Source of the DNA: Pseudogymnoascus verrucosus
Taxonomy: Eukaryota
Assembly: GCA_001662655.1 (NCBI GenBank)
Contig: KV460210.1
Strand: one strand, 5' to 3'
Length of the DNA stretch: 64,000 bases
Shown here: positions 12,588 through 24,782 of the stretch, piece after piece
Position numbering within the stretch: position 1 is the first letter of the stretch
Layout of the letters: each line of letters starts with the position of its first letter
Notes under the pieces: model-generated
What the model was told of the DNA's origin: nothing
Database searches by the model: none
Seen by the model: the letters and a program-made list of their open reading frames with translations, nothing else
Translations under genes and position numbers: made by a program

Positions 12588-12613
12588 GCTATGCTATGCT
12601 ATGCTATGCTATG
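12588..12613. repeat. (GCTAT)5 microsatellite
   Basis: gctatgctatgctatgctatgctatg read directly. Confidence 0.9.
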
Positions 12614-12759
12614 TGCTGTAAATGCTCCATCCACTACCAAACCAGTGGTCCGTCATGCAAATGCCCGCCCATCCACCAAAAGTAGCCAGCCAGTAAACCC
12701 CAGCACCGAATCATATATATAGCTTATTCAGCAGATCTGATATCCACATCTCAACCTCA

Positions 12760-15700
12760 TCACCTTACCGACTCAACAGTTCCCTCTCTCGACCACACCA
12801 TGTCCTCTGCCTCACTACCACCACTAACAAGATCACCCCACCCCTCACCCCCCGTCCGTTCTACTTCCCCCACTCCAACCCCCTCAAACCACCACTCCCT
12901 CCTCACTCTCCTCTCTCCACCCCACAGCGCCGCCATAGCCGCCCTCGTTGTCCGTGGTCTCTTCCCTCTCCCCCCTTCACTCACCAGATTGCCCGCCTTA
13001 ACTCGTTCCCGCGCCGCCCTCGCATCGCACGCCACAATACCGCGCACATACGGCGCGATATCCGTAGCGAGTAGCGCCATGGGGCGGTCCACGCACGACG
13101 CTTCGAGGTGCGGCGGCGGGAAGAGCGGTTTCTCGGGGATTCCGAGGGGGTCAAACGCTAGGCTGTAGTGAGCGCGTGAGATGCCGCCTGGAGGGGAAGA
13201 GCGAGACTGGGTGATGTGGGTGAGAAGTTGGGGCTCGGTGACTGGGGACAAGCCAGTGCGAATAGGGCGGGGGAGGGAGTTGTTGGCGTAGGAGCGGGCA
13301 AGGGATTTGAGGGTGCCTGATAGGACGAGTGGAAGGGGAGGTGGGGAGAGAGGAGTGGCGGCAAGGAAGGTGGAGCCAATGGGGAGGTCGGCGAGGGTTT
13401 TGGCACTAATTGGAGGGTCGGTGGTGTCGAGGAGGATCTATCGGGCGTTAGTAATGGAATGTACAGGTGGGTAAAGGAGGATGGCTCACGTAGTTTGATG
13501 AGTCTAGTGTGCCAGTAGCACAGAGGTCGGCGGCGCTCATGGCGTCGGTGAAGATGTCATATGATTGAAGGGCCTTGAGACGTTTTTTCTTTGAGAGCTC
13601 GACGGGTTTGCTGGCGTAGGAGCTAAGGTCAAGCGTCGTATGCCAGTCTCCAGCGTCGAGTTCCCATCCATTCCACGTTTGCTTGATGATCTCCTCCTCG
13701 ATATCATTGATGCCGGACGGATCGCACAACGAATCTCGTCCTAACCAGCCCATACCATTCCTATAAGTGTCCTCGCTCACAACCCTGACAGTGTTGCCAT
13801 GAGAATCTTTATCTATGCCAGCCGGCAGACGGGGGTAAAACCAATCAAATCCACCCCTTTGGTCACCTACACCAATCTGGCACCAAAATTCGAGATCTGT
13901 CATTGTAGCTCGAAGATCGAACTTCTGCGCTTTATACAAGGCTGTGACTGCTGGCCGCTTCAGGGCATGGCCTTCGTTTGCAGCCACCAGTAGCATGTAA
14001 TCAACTGCAAGATCAACTGAGGGTGGTGCGAACCGAATTATGGCGTGCAATGGCAAAAGTTGGTTCAAAACAAGAGACTCGTCGTTGCAAGTCATGATAA
14101 TTGGTCGCTTGGACTGTGATATTAAGGTCAGGACTGTCGCCCAGAACTGCTTATCTTCCTCAAAAAGAATATCGACCTCTTCAAGGAGAATCAGCGACTG
14201 CTTCTGTTGCTTTGGCTTTTTTGCTGGAGTTGGATCTGTTGAATGCGAAGCAGTCTCTGAGTCTGGCTTTCCTTTTTTTGCTTTTGGCTCTTTTGCTTTT
14301 CTTGCAGTAGATTTGAAAAAGGTCTTCATTGTCACTTGCCGGCCGCTCTTCAGATCAGCATCAAGAGCATCCGAAGCGCGTTGGAGGTCTTCACAATCGT
14401 CCAATTTCTGCTCTTGCGTTTGCTGCACTAAGTGGTTCCTTGTCATATCTCCAACCTTCTCAAGGATATCTTTGCCGCTTCTTCGACTGCTAGAGTTGAT
14501 CTCAAATACTTCGAAACCAAGTTCCTTCGCCACAGCGTAAACAGCGGCAGTCTTGCCACACCCATTTGGTCCGCTTATCACAACTGCGTTTAAGAGCTTG
14601 TTGGGCTGCTTTGAGTTCATCGACTTCAGATCACCGTGCCGAATAACAGTTTTCTTCGGCCTACCAAGGCCACCTCGTGGAGATTCCTCGTCGGACTCGG
14701 ATACTTCATCCATATCGTTGGCTTCATCGTCGCTAGACACAATGAAATCTTCCAGCTTCTTTGACTTCCGCTTCTTCTTGCCTCCACCGTCTTTTTCCGC
14801 CTTTACAGGTCCAGGCGAGGCTCGAGTATTGCTAGAGTCAGCTACTTTCGTATCAACAGCAATAACAGTCAGAGATTGTAGCCATTCTTTCAGTATGAAA
14901 GCCTCTCTTCCATTTTGCAAAACCTCTGCTGCTGAATGTGGCGCATATTTGTGTATCCATGACTGAGTCTGATATTGTGATTTGTCAAAGGCGCTTAGAG
15001 TTGTGGGTATGCTGCCAAATAGCTTATTTATCACTGGGTGAGGAGAAGAGCCCAGGCTGTCCCTGCTAAGTTCATCCTCACTATAATCGTCTGTGAAGCG
15101 TCCTGATGTCACAGCAGATTTTAACTGCGGCCTGATACGTCGCTGAAGTTTGTACCCCGATTCGAAGTGGCGTTCCGGCACACGAAGGCATCTATCCGGT
15201 GCATTGAAGTGATTGGCGCTAAGGTCCTTCAGCTCTTTTCGCACAGCGTTTATTTCGAGCTTGGCGGCTATAACATTCAGAATATCTTCGTTGGCGGTGG
15301 CCTCACTAGCCGTATATTTAGATTTGTGGTTTTCGGATTTGAGCAACGTCGACGGTTCTCCCATTGGAGTCGGCGAAGGGTCATTCTCTAGACCTCTGAT
15401 ATGGGTCATCCCGCTAGGTGGCCATATCGGTTCGACTGCCCCTGGGAACTTCATGAGACTATTGGAGTTTCCGAACGCGGCGAAAGAACTGGAGTTGGGA
15501 GGTGGGCCGCTGGGAGTGGGAAGTAGTCGGCCTGTGGCTGGCGCTCGAAACAAGGCTGCTTGCTGGGGAGCAGATGCAGCAGGTTCGGCAGAAGTATTGT
15601 TGCTACCGCTCCTATTGGGCTTCATGGCGGTTTTGCCGAGGAAAAACGGGTGTGGGGATTTGGTTGTGTTGGCTTTCACAGGACGAGTTTCGACCTCAAG

Positions 15701-16647
15701 TTTCTGTTTCGGGGGTCCCTGTACTGGTTTGGTAGTGCTCAATATGTGGTCGATCTTGTTCCCTACGCTCAACCGGCTGCCTGTATCCGATCCGTATTTC
15801 AATGTAATAACTAGCGATTTGCGGTTTTTGCGGCCCTTTGAAGGGGCCTGGTCCTTGATGGATCGCTTGGGTGGAGAGCCAATTGTGCCTGTTTTTATGT
15901 TGAAATGAAGTATTTTCTTCGGCTTTTCGTTGCATAAAATAGGATCCATTGGCTTTCCGACCGGCTCCAAAGTGGCTTGCTCTCCTTTCGACATGGTGTT
16001 TATAGTATTGGGCCTAACAGCCTCCAATGTATTCAGGTTGTAATCCGCCCGGCCCTCAAAACCATGGGTCAGAAATGGTGCTCCATGAGCGTTTTCGAAG
16101 CCCAATCCCCTAGGAACGTTGCCATTATTCTCAACCGCCCCTCCCAGCACTCCATAATATGGTGGGAGGATGCCGCCGTTCAAATCTCTTGGGGTCGCTG
16201 AGTTTTCGAGCTTGGGATAATAATTCCGGTCACTATTGTCCTCTGGCGGTGTCGTCTTCCGTCTCTTCCGACGTGATTCGTTTAGATCTGTCTCCATACC
16301 TTCACTATTTTGATGTACGGTGGTTGGTAAAACAGCCCCTTCAGACTGCCTTGGGCGAGGTTCAAGGGGTGTAGGCCACACATTGTCGTGCACATGGTCT
16401 AATGATGCTGACGGTGGAGTATGTGTGCTTGGTTCGGCGGTGCCTGGTCGTGCAGTATGTGGCAGGTCGCTCGGCGGAGTTGAAGCTGGATTTGAAGCTG
16501 CGAACCCGAAACGTTAACACGCCAGTCGACCAAATGCATGGCTCGGAAGTCAGAAGTAAACATACAGTTCGATTTGCCAAAAAAGGGATGAATAGTTTTC
16601 TTCCTTTCATTAGTATCCACCATTGTTCTGGCAGTCACCGCTGCCAT
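12760..16647 (-). CDS. ELG1: ELG1/ATAD5 RFC-like AAA+ ATPase (PCNA unloader); start 16647 or 16623; introns near 16500-16565 and 13439-13490
   Basis: WIHKYAP, Walker A GPNGCGKT, GFEVFEIN..RRSGK, LILLEEVDILF and SKRPIIMTCN; the last exon continues in frame to DIAPYVRGIV...RTTRA. Confidence 0.85.
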
Positions 16648-17077
16648 TTCACGACCTGAGTCCGCCCATTCACTTCCCTCTATACGCGAACTTCGCGTCA
16701 CTCAAAATTAAGATATGGTGATGGATATGACGTAAATGGTGATTTTATGAATATAACGGCAATCAGAAATGACAGGCAATGGGCATGTCTCGGCTGACTT
16801 TGGCAAAGGTGTTTTTCTGAGAGTATTGTCCTTCTATGGCCGACAATGTTCGAAATTCAACCAAAGTGGTTCCTCTTGAAGACCGCGTCTTGTCGCGAGA
16901 TGTCCGAGCTTCACGATCAGCCCCACTAAAATTAAAGTTTGACCTGAAATATTAGGTGTCAATTATCTCGGGTCAAACTTTCTCCAAAAAGTTTTGGGAA
17001 GTTCGTGATAACGAAAGTCACCGCTCTGGAAGACTTCACCTGTATATATATTTGCGCACTTCAAGCGTAGCGCCAAT

Positions 17078-19951
17078 ATGTCGTCCACCTTTACGATTGA
17101 GAAGCCACTTGTAGTGGCCTCACTTCCCCGACCTGTCGACCATTCCACCGGTCGTTATTTTGTTTCTGATGTTCATGGTGGGACACCAGGCTCGAGAAAG
17201 CGTAAGAGAGCAGAGTTAGCTGTGGGAATTAGTGGTGAAGGTGTGAATTTGTACGATGTAAGTAACCTTCAAAGAACCACCGTTATTGACAATCTGCTAA
17301 CTTCAATCAAGATTCAATCGTCAAAACTCGTCACTTCATACGCTCTCCCTCCACAGGCTTTGATCACTTGCGCACCATACTCTCTAAGATTGAAGCAGGG
17401 CAAAGGGCTTGCTGAGAGAAGGACATACGCATCTACAACAGAAAATACTCCTCGAATCACAGTCTTCCGTGAGACGACAACAGCAGAAGGGCAAGCCGAT
17501 TCGTCAAGTGCGATCCACCTTGTCAAAGGTTCAACCAAACCAGTTGTTTTCCTCGGCGTTGCCCCAGAACAAATTGGTTCGTCCAGTGACAACCTACTTC
17601 TCGTAAAGTCCGATGGAGAGATACAATGCTTGGATGGGGATGATCTGAAGTTGAAATGGACATCTCCGTCTGCCGCCGTGAGTAAAAACTCTGCCATGCC
17701 CAACGTTGCGCACAAGATTGAGCTCGTCAACCTCACCGATGCGCATACCGCCAGCAAGGGGCTCCTCAAGGGACAGCCTGAGGCATTTTCAATCTTTTCA
17801 GAAGATGTGGATGCCAATGGGTTTAACCCAACCCTTCTTGTCCTCATTTCGAGCCCAGTCGATGCCACTGGGTCCGACAACCGCACGCTTCATGTTCTGG
17901 CTCTTCCTCGGGCTGGAGACAGTGCGTCTACCACCCAGGTACACTCGGTCCAGACCTTACTCTCTGTGCCAATTCCATGGCTTCACTCGCAGCCGCCGTC
18001 GAATTTCGGCAAATTACAATATGATATCCATGTTTCATCCGGATTTTTGTACGAGCTTGGTACCAGATCACTCACAATCTACGACTTGGTGGATGGTACG
18101 ATCAAGATCAAATCGCAACTTAATATCGACAATGTAGCATCATTCTTACGACTCAGCGGTACATCTGTAATGACAGCCACGAACGAGACCGTCGATATCT
18201 ACAACCCTACATACCATTCTATCCAAGCATCCACCAACCTAGACAGCATCCAGGGAGAGACTGCCTCGCGAAAGCGGAAGTTAGATGACGCCGAGGATTC
18301 AAGTTCGAAACAGTGCGAGCTGGTGGCATATTCCACAAAGCACAACCTTGTGCACGCGATCCTTGGTAGCCAACTGGTAGCATTTTCGATAGAGGCACGA
18401 AAGGATATTCCAAGCCGCCGTCGCGAACTTGGTTTGCTCATAGATTCGGTGGGTTGCGGCAGACGCCAAGCAACAGATGGGAGTTCCGGAAAGCTGCACC
18501 GGGTCCCACTGAGCTCACTTTCATCATATATCCCTGGGTCGAACCCGGCTGTCGACAGTACCATGCAGGAGCAATTCTCAAAGCTCGATCGATGTGTTGC
18601 CGAGCAAGACATTGACGGGTTCGAAGAAATAATGGCACCAGAGCTGAAGATGTACCGTCGGAAGATCGCGCCTTTTGTGAATGGACTAGCGGTCACTAAT
18701 GGCGTCAAGTCCAGTGATGGAACAGCTGTGCCTGAATGGATATGGCCATCCACACGAAGTGGGTATCTTGAGGTCGACCCACGTTGGGTGCAGTACGCAT
18801 TAAGCAGGGTTTTCAGTTGGTCCAGCCAGAACGGCGAGCAGAAGCTTCTTGTCGTATTTTATCCTCACAATGTTGTCAACTGGCTCCTGGAAACCGGCAA
18901 CCTCAACAAAGTCAATATCGAGACTGCGTTGAAGCATGAGGCTCGCAGTACTGAGTCCTATGTTGTCCCTGCAGGGCAACTAGTATCATCTCTCGTCGAT
19001 ATCGATCCTGAGATGAAAGTCCTCCTCTCTCTCATTTCAAACAACTACCTCGATGCGCCCGAGCTTGTGCACGCCATTCGCGTACTCATGCAGAGCCTCG
19101 AGATTCTTGACGATGGTACCAAGGCGGACAAGCCACTGCTTCTCACAGAAAACGAAACCCCTGCCAATAATGGCGATATGGAGACTGAAAACGAAATAGA
19201 AGAAGCAGATGCAGCCTTGCGCCTGGCGGAATATCAACTTGGAGACGGAGCCAGCATTCGGGGCCAAGCGTTGAGTTTGGCATTGGCTAAGTTACATTCT
19301 TGCCCCTCGGCAGCAGTCGTGCATGCTCTACAGTCAAACTTGACATCGAGCGAAATTGTGTCTCTCATCTACTTGCTGCGCTTTGAGCTTGCGCGCGGGG
19401 CGTGGACCTCGAAGTACCTGGACGTTGTGGATAGCATTGACGAGGACACCGGCTCACAAGACAGCACCATTGTCCTCATTTCCAGTCTAGTAAATAGCTG
19501 CATTGATGCCATCGGCTCGGGCGGTTGGCTTTCTGGGGACGCAATATTGGCCGGAGGGGATCGTTTCCAGTCAGAGGAATTAATCTCCAGCTTAAAGCTC
19601 GAGGTCAGTGCGGCGTTGGAAGGCATTGAGGAAGCGACCTACCTCAAGGGCCTCACCTCGGAAATGGTTCGCTACGGCGAAGCTGTGCAAAAAGCCCTAC
19701 CCGCAAGTGCAAAGAAGCAGAAGGTGGACAGTTCTCAGAAGGGGGGCAACGTGCGAAAGAACCAACCAATTACCGTTGCCCAGGTTGGGAAGGACGCGAC
19801 CATACTTCCCTTCGGATTGAAGGCGGACCAACTGATCTCGCTGATTAAGATTGGGGCAGGTGGGGAACTACAGCGCCGAACTGCGCGGGATATTGGAAGG
19901 CTGAAGAGCAAGAAGGTTGGAAAGTACTCGCAGGAGAGGATTGTGATCTAG
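17078..19951 (+). CDS. UTP8: Utp8-like nucleolar protein (t-UTP); likely in-frame intron at about 17258-17311
   Basis: N-terminal ELAVGISGEGVNLYD..LVTSYALPPQ and C-terminal KVGKYSQERIVI resemble fungal Utp8; GTAAGT...CTAAC...AG intron signals. Confidence 0.65.
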   Translation: MSSTFTIEKPLVVASLPRPVDHSTGRYFVSDVHGGTPGSRKRKRAELAVGISGEGVNLYDVSNLQRTTVIDNLLTSIKIQSSKLVTSYALPPQALITCAPYSLRLKQGKGLAERRTYASTTENTPRITVFRETTTAEGQADSSSAIHLVKGSTKPVVFLGVAPEQIGSSSDNLLLVKSDGEIQCLDGDDLKLKWTSPSAAVSKNSAMPNVAHKIELVNLTDAHTASKGLLKGQPEAFSIFSEDVDANGFNPTLLVLISSPVDATGSDNRTLHVLALPRAGDSASTTQVHSVQTLLSVPIPWLHSQPPSNFGKLQYDIHVSSGFLYELGTRSLTIYDLVDGTIKIKSQLNIDNVASFLRLSGTSVMTATNETVDIYNPTYHSIQASTNLDSIQGETASRKRKLDDAEDSSSKQCELVAYSTKHNLVHAILGSQLVAFSIEARKDIPSRRRELGLLIDSVGCGRRQATDGSSGKLHRVPLSSLSSYIPGSNPAVDSTMQEQFSKLDRCVAEQDIDGFEEIMAPELKMYRRKIAPFVNGLAVTNGVKSSDGTAVPEWIWPSTRSGYLEVDPRWVQYALSRVFSWSSQNGEQKLLVVFYPHNVVNWLLETGNLNKVNIETALKHEARSTESYVVPAGQLVSSLVDIDPEMKVLLSLISNNYLDAPELVHAIRVLMQSLEILDDGTKADKPLLLTENETPANNGDMETENEIEEADAALRLAEYQLGDGASIRGQALSLALAKLHSCPSAAVVHALQSNLTSSEIVSLIYLLRFELARGAWTSKYLDVVDSIDEDTGSQDSTIVLISSLVNSCIDAIGSGGWLSGDAILAGGDRFQSEELISSLKLEVSAALEGIEEATYLKGLTSEMVRYGEAVQKALPASAKKQKVDSSQKGGNVRKNQPITVAQVGKDATILPFGLKADQLISLIKIGAGGELQRRTARDIGRLKSKKVGKYSQERIVI

Positions 19952-20941
19952 AACCCCCGGTTCAGGTACTTTGTGCTCAGTGATGTCGGGCATTGTTGGT
20001 TTCAGGCTTACGGACGGGTGCAGCCGCCGTCGGTCCATGCACATGCATGTATATTGCGAAGAGGGGCGTATAGGCGCCAGCGATCCAGTAGTAAATGAGA
20101 AATTGTTGGTGATAATGCGATGAGGAAGGCTTGTTTCACGGGCGACGGGGGCGGAGCTGAGGCTGGCGCACATATTGGGGGGAGCTTGTTGGTTGTGTCC
20201 CGATTCAGTTCGATTCAAATGGTGGAAGTACTCAGCCACAGCCTGATCAGACGAACCAGGGAGGGTGTTTGTGCCACACGATACATACCAGTGCGGGCGA
20301 GGCAACAGCTTGGGCAACCGAGTATGAGCCATCATCTCTCTCATTCAATCATTCAATACATTATAAATTATTCCATGCACATTGTTGATGCACATTGTTG
20401 GGCATTAGAGAGACTATTTGTTATTTGTTGTGAATATGAAACCATGAGGTATGCATACCTTATCACCAACATCGAGTCAGTCAGTTAGTGTACATAATTA
20501 CAGTACAGGGCATTTTATACAGCCTTGTTTTTGAATCACCTTCTAGCTCGCCCGGCTTGGATCATCCGTAGCCCGTGGGGGGTTCCAACTGTCCAATCCT
20601 GTATCTCCGTGCTTTCCCAGTGTTCCCCACATCCCTTCCACAAAGAACCCAAAAGACAGGACCCCGCGGCTTCGACGTCACAATCCCGTCCAGCGCGCGT
20701 GCAAATGTCCCTTATCCCTCTGTAGCCGCTCAAACAACGTGGACTTTATATGGGAAGTGGATGCATCCTTTACTCAACTTGTGTACTTGTACTTCGCTTC
20801 TCCATATCACGAATACTACGAATACTACGAATCCTTCAATAATCTATTCATCTACATATCATCATTACTTTATTGCATTATAGCGACTCTCTTCACATGA
20901 ATACAACCACTTAATATCGGCTTCTGGAATCCTTTGATGTG

Positions 20942-23246
20942 ATGACTTTCGGTTCTAATCCGGCGGATATAATTATTGTACTGGAGTTCACCCGCCGGCT
21001 GTACCGACAGTGCAAGAACGCCGACGATGCCTACTTCGAGATCGGCCGCGAGATTCGCGCACTCCATACGGTGCTGCGACATCTCAAGTACGAAGTGCAG
21101 GCGCCGGAGTCGATACTCAACCGCGACCGGGCGCTTTATGCGCGAGACCTCGCGCCGCTGATCTCCGACTGTCGCTTTACGCTGGAGGACCTGGAGGAAC
21201 TTCTGCGGAAGTATGGCGACATTAAAAACAATGATAGGGGTGGGAGCACGACTGGACGGCTGTGGAATCAGTTCAAGTTTGGCAGTATAGAGATGGACCA
21301 GCTGGGCACTGTGAGGGTGAAGCTTATAAATCACAAAACGAATATCACGGCGCTGCTCGACACGATACAACTTCACGAATCGAGTAGGGTAGCGATGACA
21401 CTGGATAATCATGGGGGACAACTGGATATCATTTTGGATAAAGTGGACAATATTGCGTCGCGGATGGGTCAGCGGGCGGCCTCGTTAATGACTACATATG
21501 AGGATGACGATAAAGAAGTGTGGAAAAGCTTTCGGCGAGAACTGGTCGCGGAGGGGTTCTCTAGCGACGTTTTAACTCGACATAAAGTGAGTACAAATGT
21601 TCTCACTTTGATTTATGATTCGTGAGCTGACATTTATCTAGGATGTATTACGAGCCTATATTCGGCAAATCGATCAGAACGGACTGCTCGAAGATATCCC
21701 AGTCGCTGCGAAGGCGAGACAGCCAGTGCTATCAGTAAATACCCAGGAATGGCTCGAACAAGTTCAATCACCCGCATCTGCTTCCGGCCCACCTTCGTTC
21801 AACACTACCAGTTCTGATTCCTCGATAAAGGAGCTTAGAGTCGGGGAGGATAACAGCAAATTCCTACAGACAATGAAGAATGAGCGACCAAAGCCAGAAT
21901 CTATAACGACGGGTTGGAAGGAAGGTATAGGCGATACAAAGGCTCCACCAGTCCAACCTCTACCACCCCAGGTTCCAATACTTTATGCCCCGCCAGTCCA
22001 ACCTCCGCCAGTTCCAGCTCTTCAACGTTCAGGCTCTTCAAACAGTAGAAACGGTTACGGCTATGCCGTCGCCGCAAGTCCTCCAACATCCGTGCAGCTC
22101 AGGTCACCAATACCAGAACCAGAGATCTGCACCACAGAGTCCATCCTCGCCGACGACTCCGCGAACGAAAGCAGAATTCGAATGCTCGAAGCACCGCGAG
22201 CAGACGGGAGACCTCGACGACAATCAGACCAGAACGACAGAGACCAGGGCAACTCCCCACAAGGCTCCCCCGCCAGCTCCAAAAGCGCATCATCCTTCAC
22301 CGATGCAAACGCCATGGCTTACCGGCCTCGTCCCCAACAGCTACCTGTCCCAGTTCCAGAAGGGTCACTATATAGTGCCTCACCGCGTGGCTCGGGTGCC
22401 TTGCCCATACCGGTGAGAGCCGCATCCCACCATCCCACAGACCGGTACGGACACAGCCCGCGAAACATCACCACATCCGTACCCGCCGGCCTGGCACCAG
22501 ACTCGCAGGGCCGCGAGATCCCTCGGGACGCAAAGTGGACCAAGATTCGCCGCCGTCTAGTCAGCACTGAAATCCTCGAAGAGGACCGACTCAGATATGA
22601 AGCGTATGTACCCCATCTCGACCCCACCCACTCCTATATACAAGAACATAACTAACCCCACCTCAGTCGTCCCGAGTACGTCGCAATCCTCGGCGTCTTC
22701 TCCCGCTCCCAAATTCAAGACCTCGCCATCCGCACTGCCGCCCTCCGCGAATCCCGCCGTCTCCGCTCCCAAAGCACACGCGCTCCCCGCCCCGCCGACC
22801 CCATCCCCGCTCCCGCACCACCCAAGAAATCGGTCCACTTCCCCGATGAAGATACCAGGATCTCGGATACGAGCGATGAGTCGTCGTCGACTAGGAGCTC
22901 GGCTGATAGACGGTATAGTCGTGATCGGGCTAGAAGGAGGGAGGAGGATGGAGATAGGGATAGGGATAGGCCCCAGTTTGCGCCGAGGAAGCAGGGGCAG
23001 TATAGGATGCCGCAGTCGTGGATGGAGAGTTCGAGTGGAGCTGTGAGTTCGGAGGGGCGAGAGAGGAAGGGAAGGGAGAGGGAGGGGAGGGAGATTGGGG
23101 GCGCGGTGAAGGGGGGTGCGGCGAAGGGGAGTAGAGGGTCGCAGAATAAACGGTGGTCGGAACGGTTTACGGCTGCGAGTATTGGGGGTGCGGCGGGGAG
23201 TTTGCTGAGTGTGTTGAGTGAGGCAGCACAGGATATATCGCTGTGA
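20942..23246 (+). CDS. Uncharacterised protein with HeLo-like N-terminal domain, Pro-rich middle and a conserved 'AKWTKI.RRLV' fungal domain; introns about 21587-21641 and 22606-22666
   Basis: Spliced frame is continuous from MTFGSNPADII..LYRQCKNA through DDKEVWKSFRRELVAEGFSS and DAKWTKIRRRLVSTEIL..RPEYVAILG to the stop at 23246. Confidence 0.7.
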
Positions 23247-23548
23247 GGTGAGACTGATGGCGCATTTATGGGTTTGAGGGAAGGGGTTTGTATGTTTATT
23301 GGGATGTGTTATGATTATGGCAATGAGTATATGACTGGGATGACTTTATGGGATGATTGTTTAGGGTACGGGAGTTTTGGATTTTATGCGGGGATATTAT
23401 TATACCACCTGGGCAACAAATAGCAAATAGAAACTCATTTTGGGGTCGTTAAATGATTCATTCTCGAGAGCAGAAGCTATACGCCAGTGCCTCGTCCATT
23501 TCCTTGGTCGCATAATAATTTACAGTACAGTTCTTTCAACGCCCTTCA

Positions 23549-24035
23549 TCACACCTTAAACTCATCCCACCATCTCGCCTTATCCATCAACATCCCCTTC
23601 TCATCAAACTCCACCCCCTCCCCCTTCAACAACTCAATCTTCTTCTCCTGATTAATCCCACTGGGCGCTTTATTCCAATCCCCCATAAACCCGCCCACAA
23701 ACCCCGTTGAAGCAATACACCTATGGCACGGCTACAGATACTATCAGCTCTCATCCTCTGACTTGGGCAGAAACTTGGAGCATAGGCATAGTCGGTTGAC
23801 AAATGGATGGGAAAGGAGAGACTTACGACTTCGGGCGCAAAGGGGTTATTCCTCAATGCTCCCCCGATGGCGCGTGGACTCGAGTTCAGGGCGTCGGAGA
23901 GGGATTTGTAGGATGTGATGCGGCCGGAGGGGATTTGGACGAGGAGGGCGTAGACGCGCTGTGATGTTAGCTCCCCGTCTTCTCAAAATTAGAGGTGATA
24001 GATACCTCTTGATACGGCGTAACTTTCGCTGCCAT
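23549..24035 (-). CDS. O6-methylguanine-DNA methyltransferase (AGT/MGMT), short form with only the DNA-binding/catalytic subdomain; 3 exons, largely missed by the ORF track
   Basis: Splices to MAAKVTPYQE|RVYALLVQIPSGRITSYKSLSDALNSSPRAIGGALRNNPFAPEV|PCHRCIASTGFVGGFMGDW...KIELLKGEGVEFD...FKV*; intact PCHR active site. Confidence 0.88.
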
Positions 24036-24782
24036 CTTGCCTGTGGTTGCCTGGAGGCGCGGTATGGAACTGAGATAGTCTTTTGGTGGTGATCAAAGTG
24101 AGAATATTGTCAGTTCTCTGATGTCGATAACGCGTTCGGTTACGAACAGTAGTAGTGGACGACCTTTATTACCACCTTAGAGCAGGTAAAAGCAGATTCT
24201 CTTATGTCCACTTCTGTGGACGCGATAAGTTTATTTATATGAGCAACGTCCACAGTTGAGGCTCATGGGAACTTGGTTGCCCCACCACGCTAGAGTCCGG
24301 TTGCTCCCAATGTAACCAATCAGCGCGCCAGGCGGCACGGGAACGCTAGAGGTCTCTTTAAACACCTTGAGAGTCTGGAGCCGCTGCTTGACTCTTATTT
24401 CTGGCGGGGGTGGGGGGTATATGATATCATACTATTGAAGCTTTATAGGTAATCTTACAAATCTTATGTTGTTGGGGGGGGGATTAGACAGGATCAGATA
24501 TTCGCCACTTTCAACACTGCTTGACTCATACGGGGGATCGTTCTCGACTCCAACATCAAGGGGTCTCGCGTTTGGTTTGCTATAGAGCTCAGCTCTACTA
24601 CTCTAGGAATAAACTGCTGTTGCACCACCGACATTTGCCATGCCCATATCACATCTTGAGCCACCAGTGGCAGTTTCTAACTGAAACTGCTCAACTGCCA
24701 AAATAACCGTGCCCATATTAGACCTCCCTTATAAGAGCCTTCCCCTTTTGCGTCCGACATTCCAGATGCCGTGAAAAAAAAA

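Noticed and set aside
13158..13448. Apparent frameshift near the ELG1 3' end
   Set aside because: After the intron ending near 13439 the frame ILLDTTDPP...LSPVTEPQLL is continuous with ORF 12760-13251.
24036..24782. Intron or readthrough fusing ada and the AGT into one protein
   Set aside because: No convincing GT donor near the end of the ada ORF and no coding remnant after its TGA. Possible acceptors lie just upstream of the AGT ATG, so only RNA data can exclude it.
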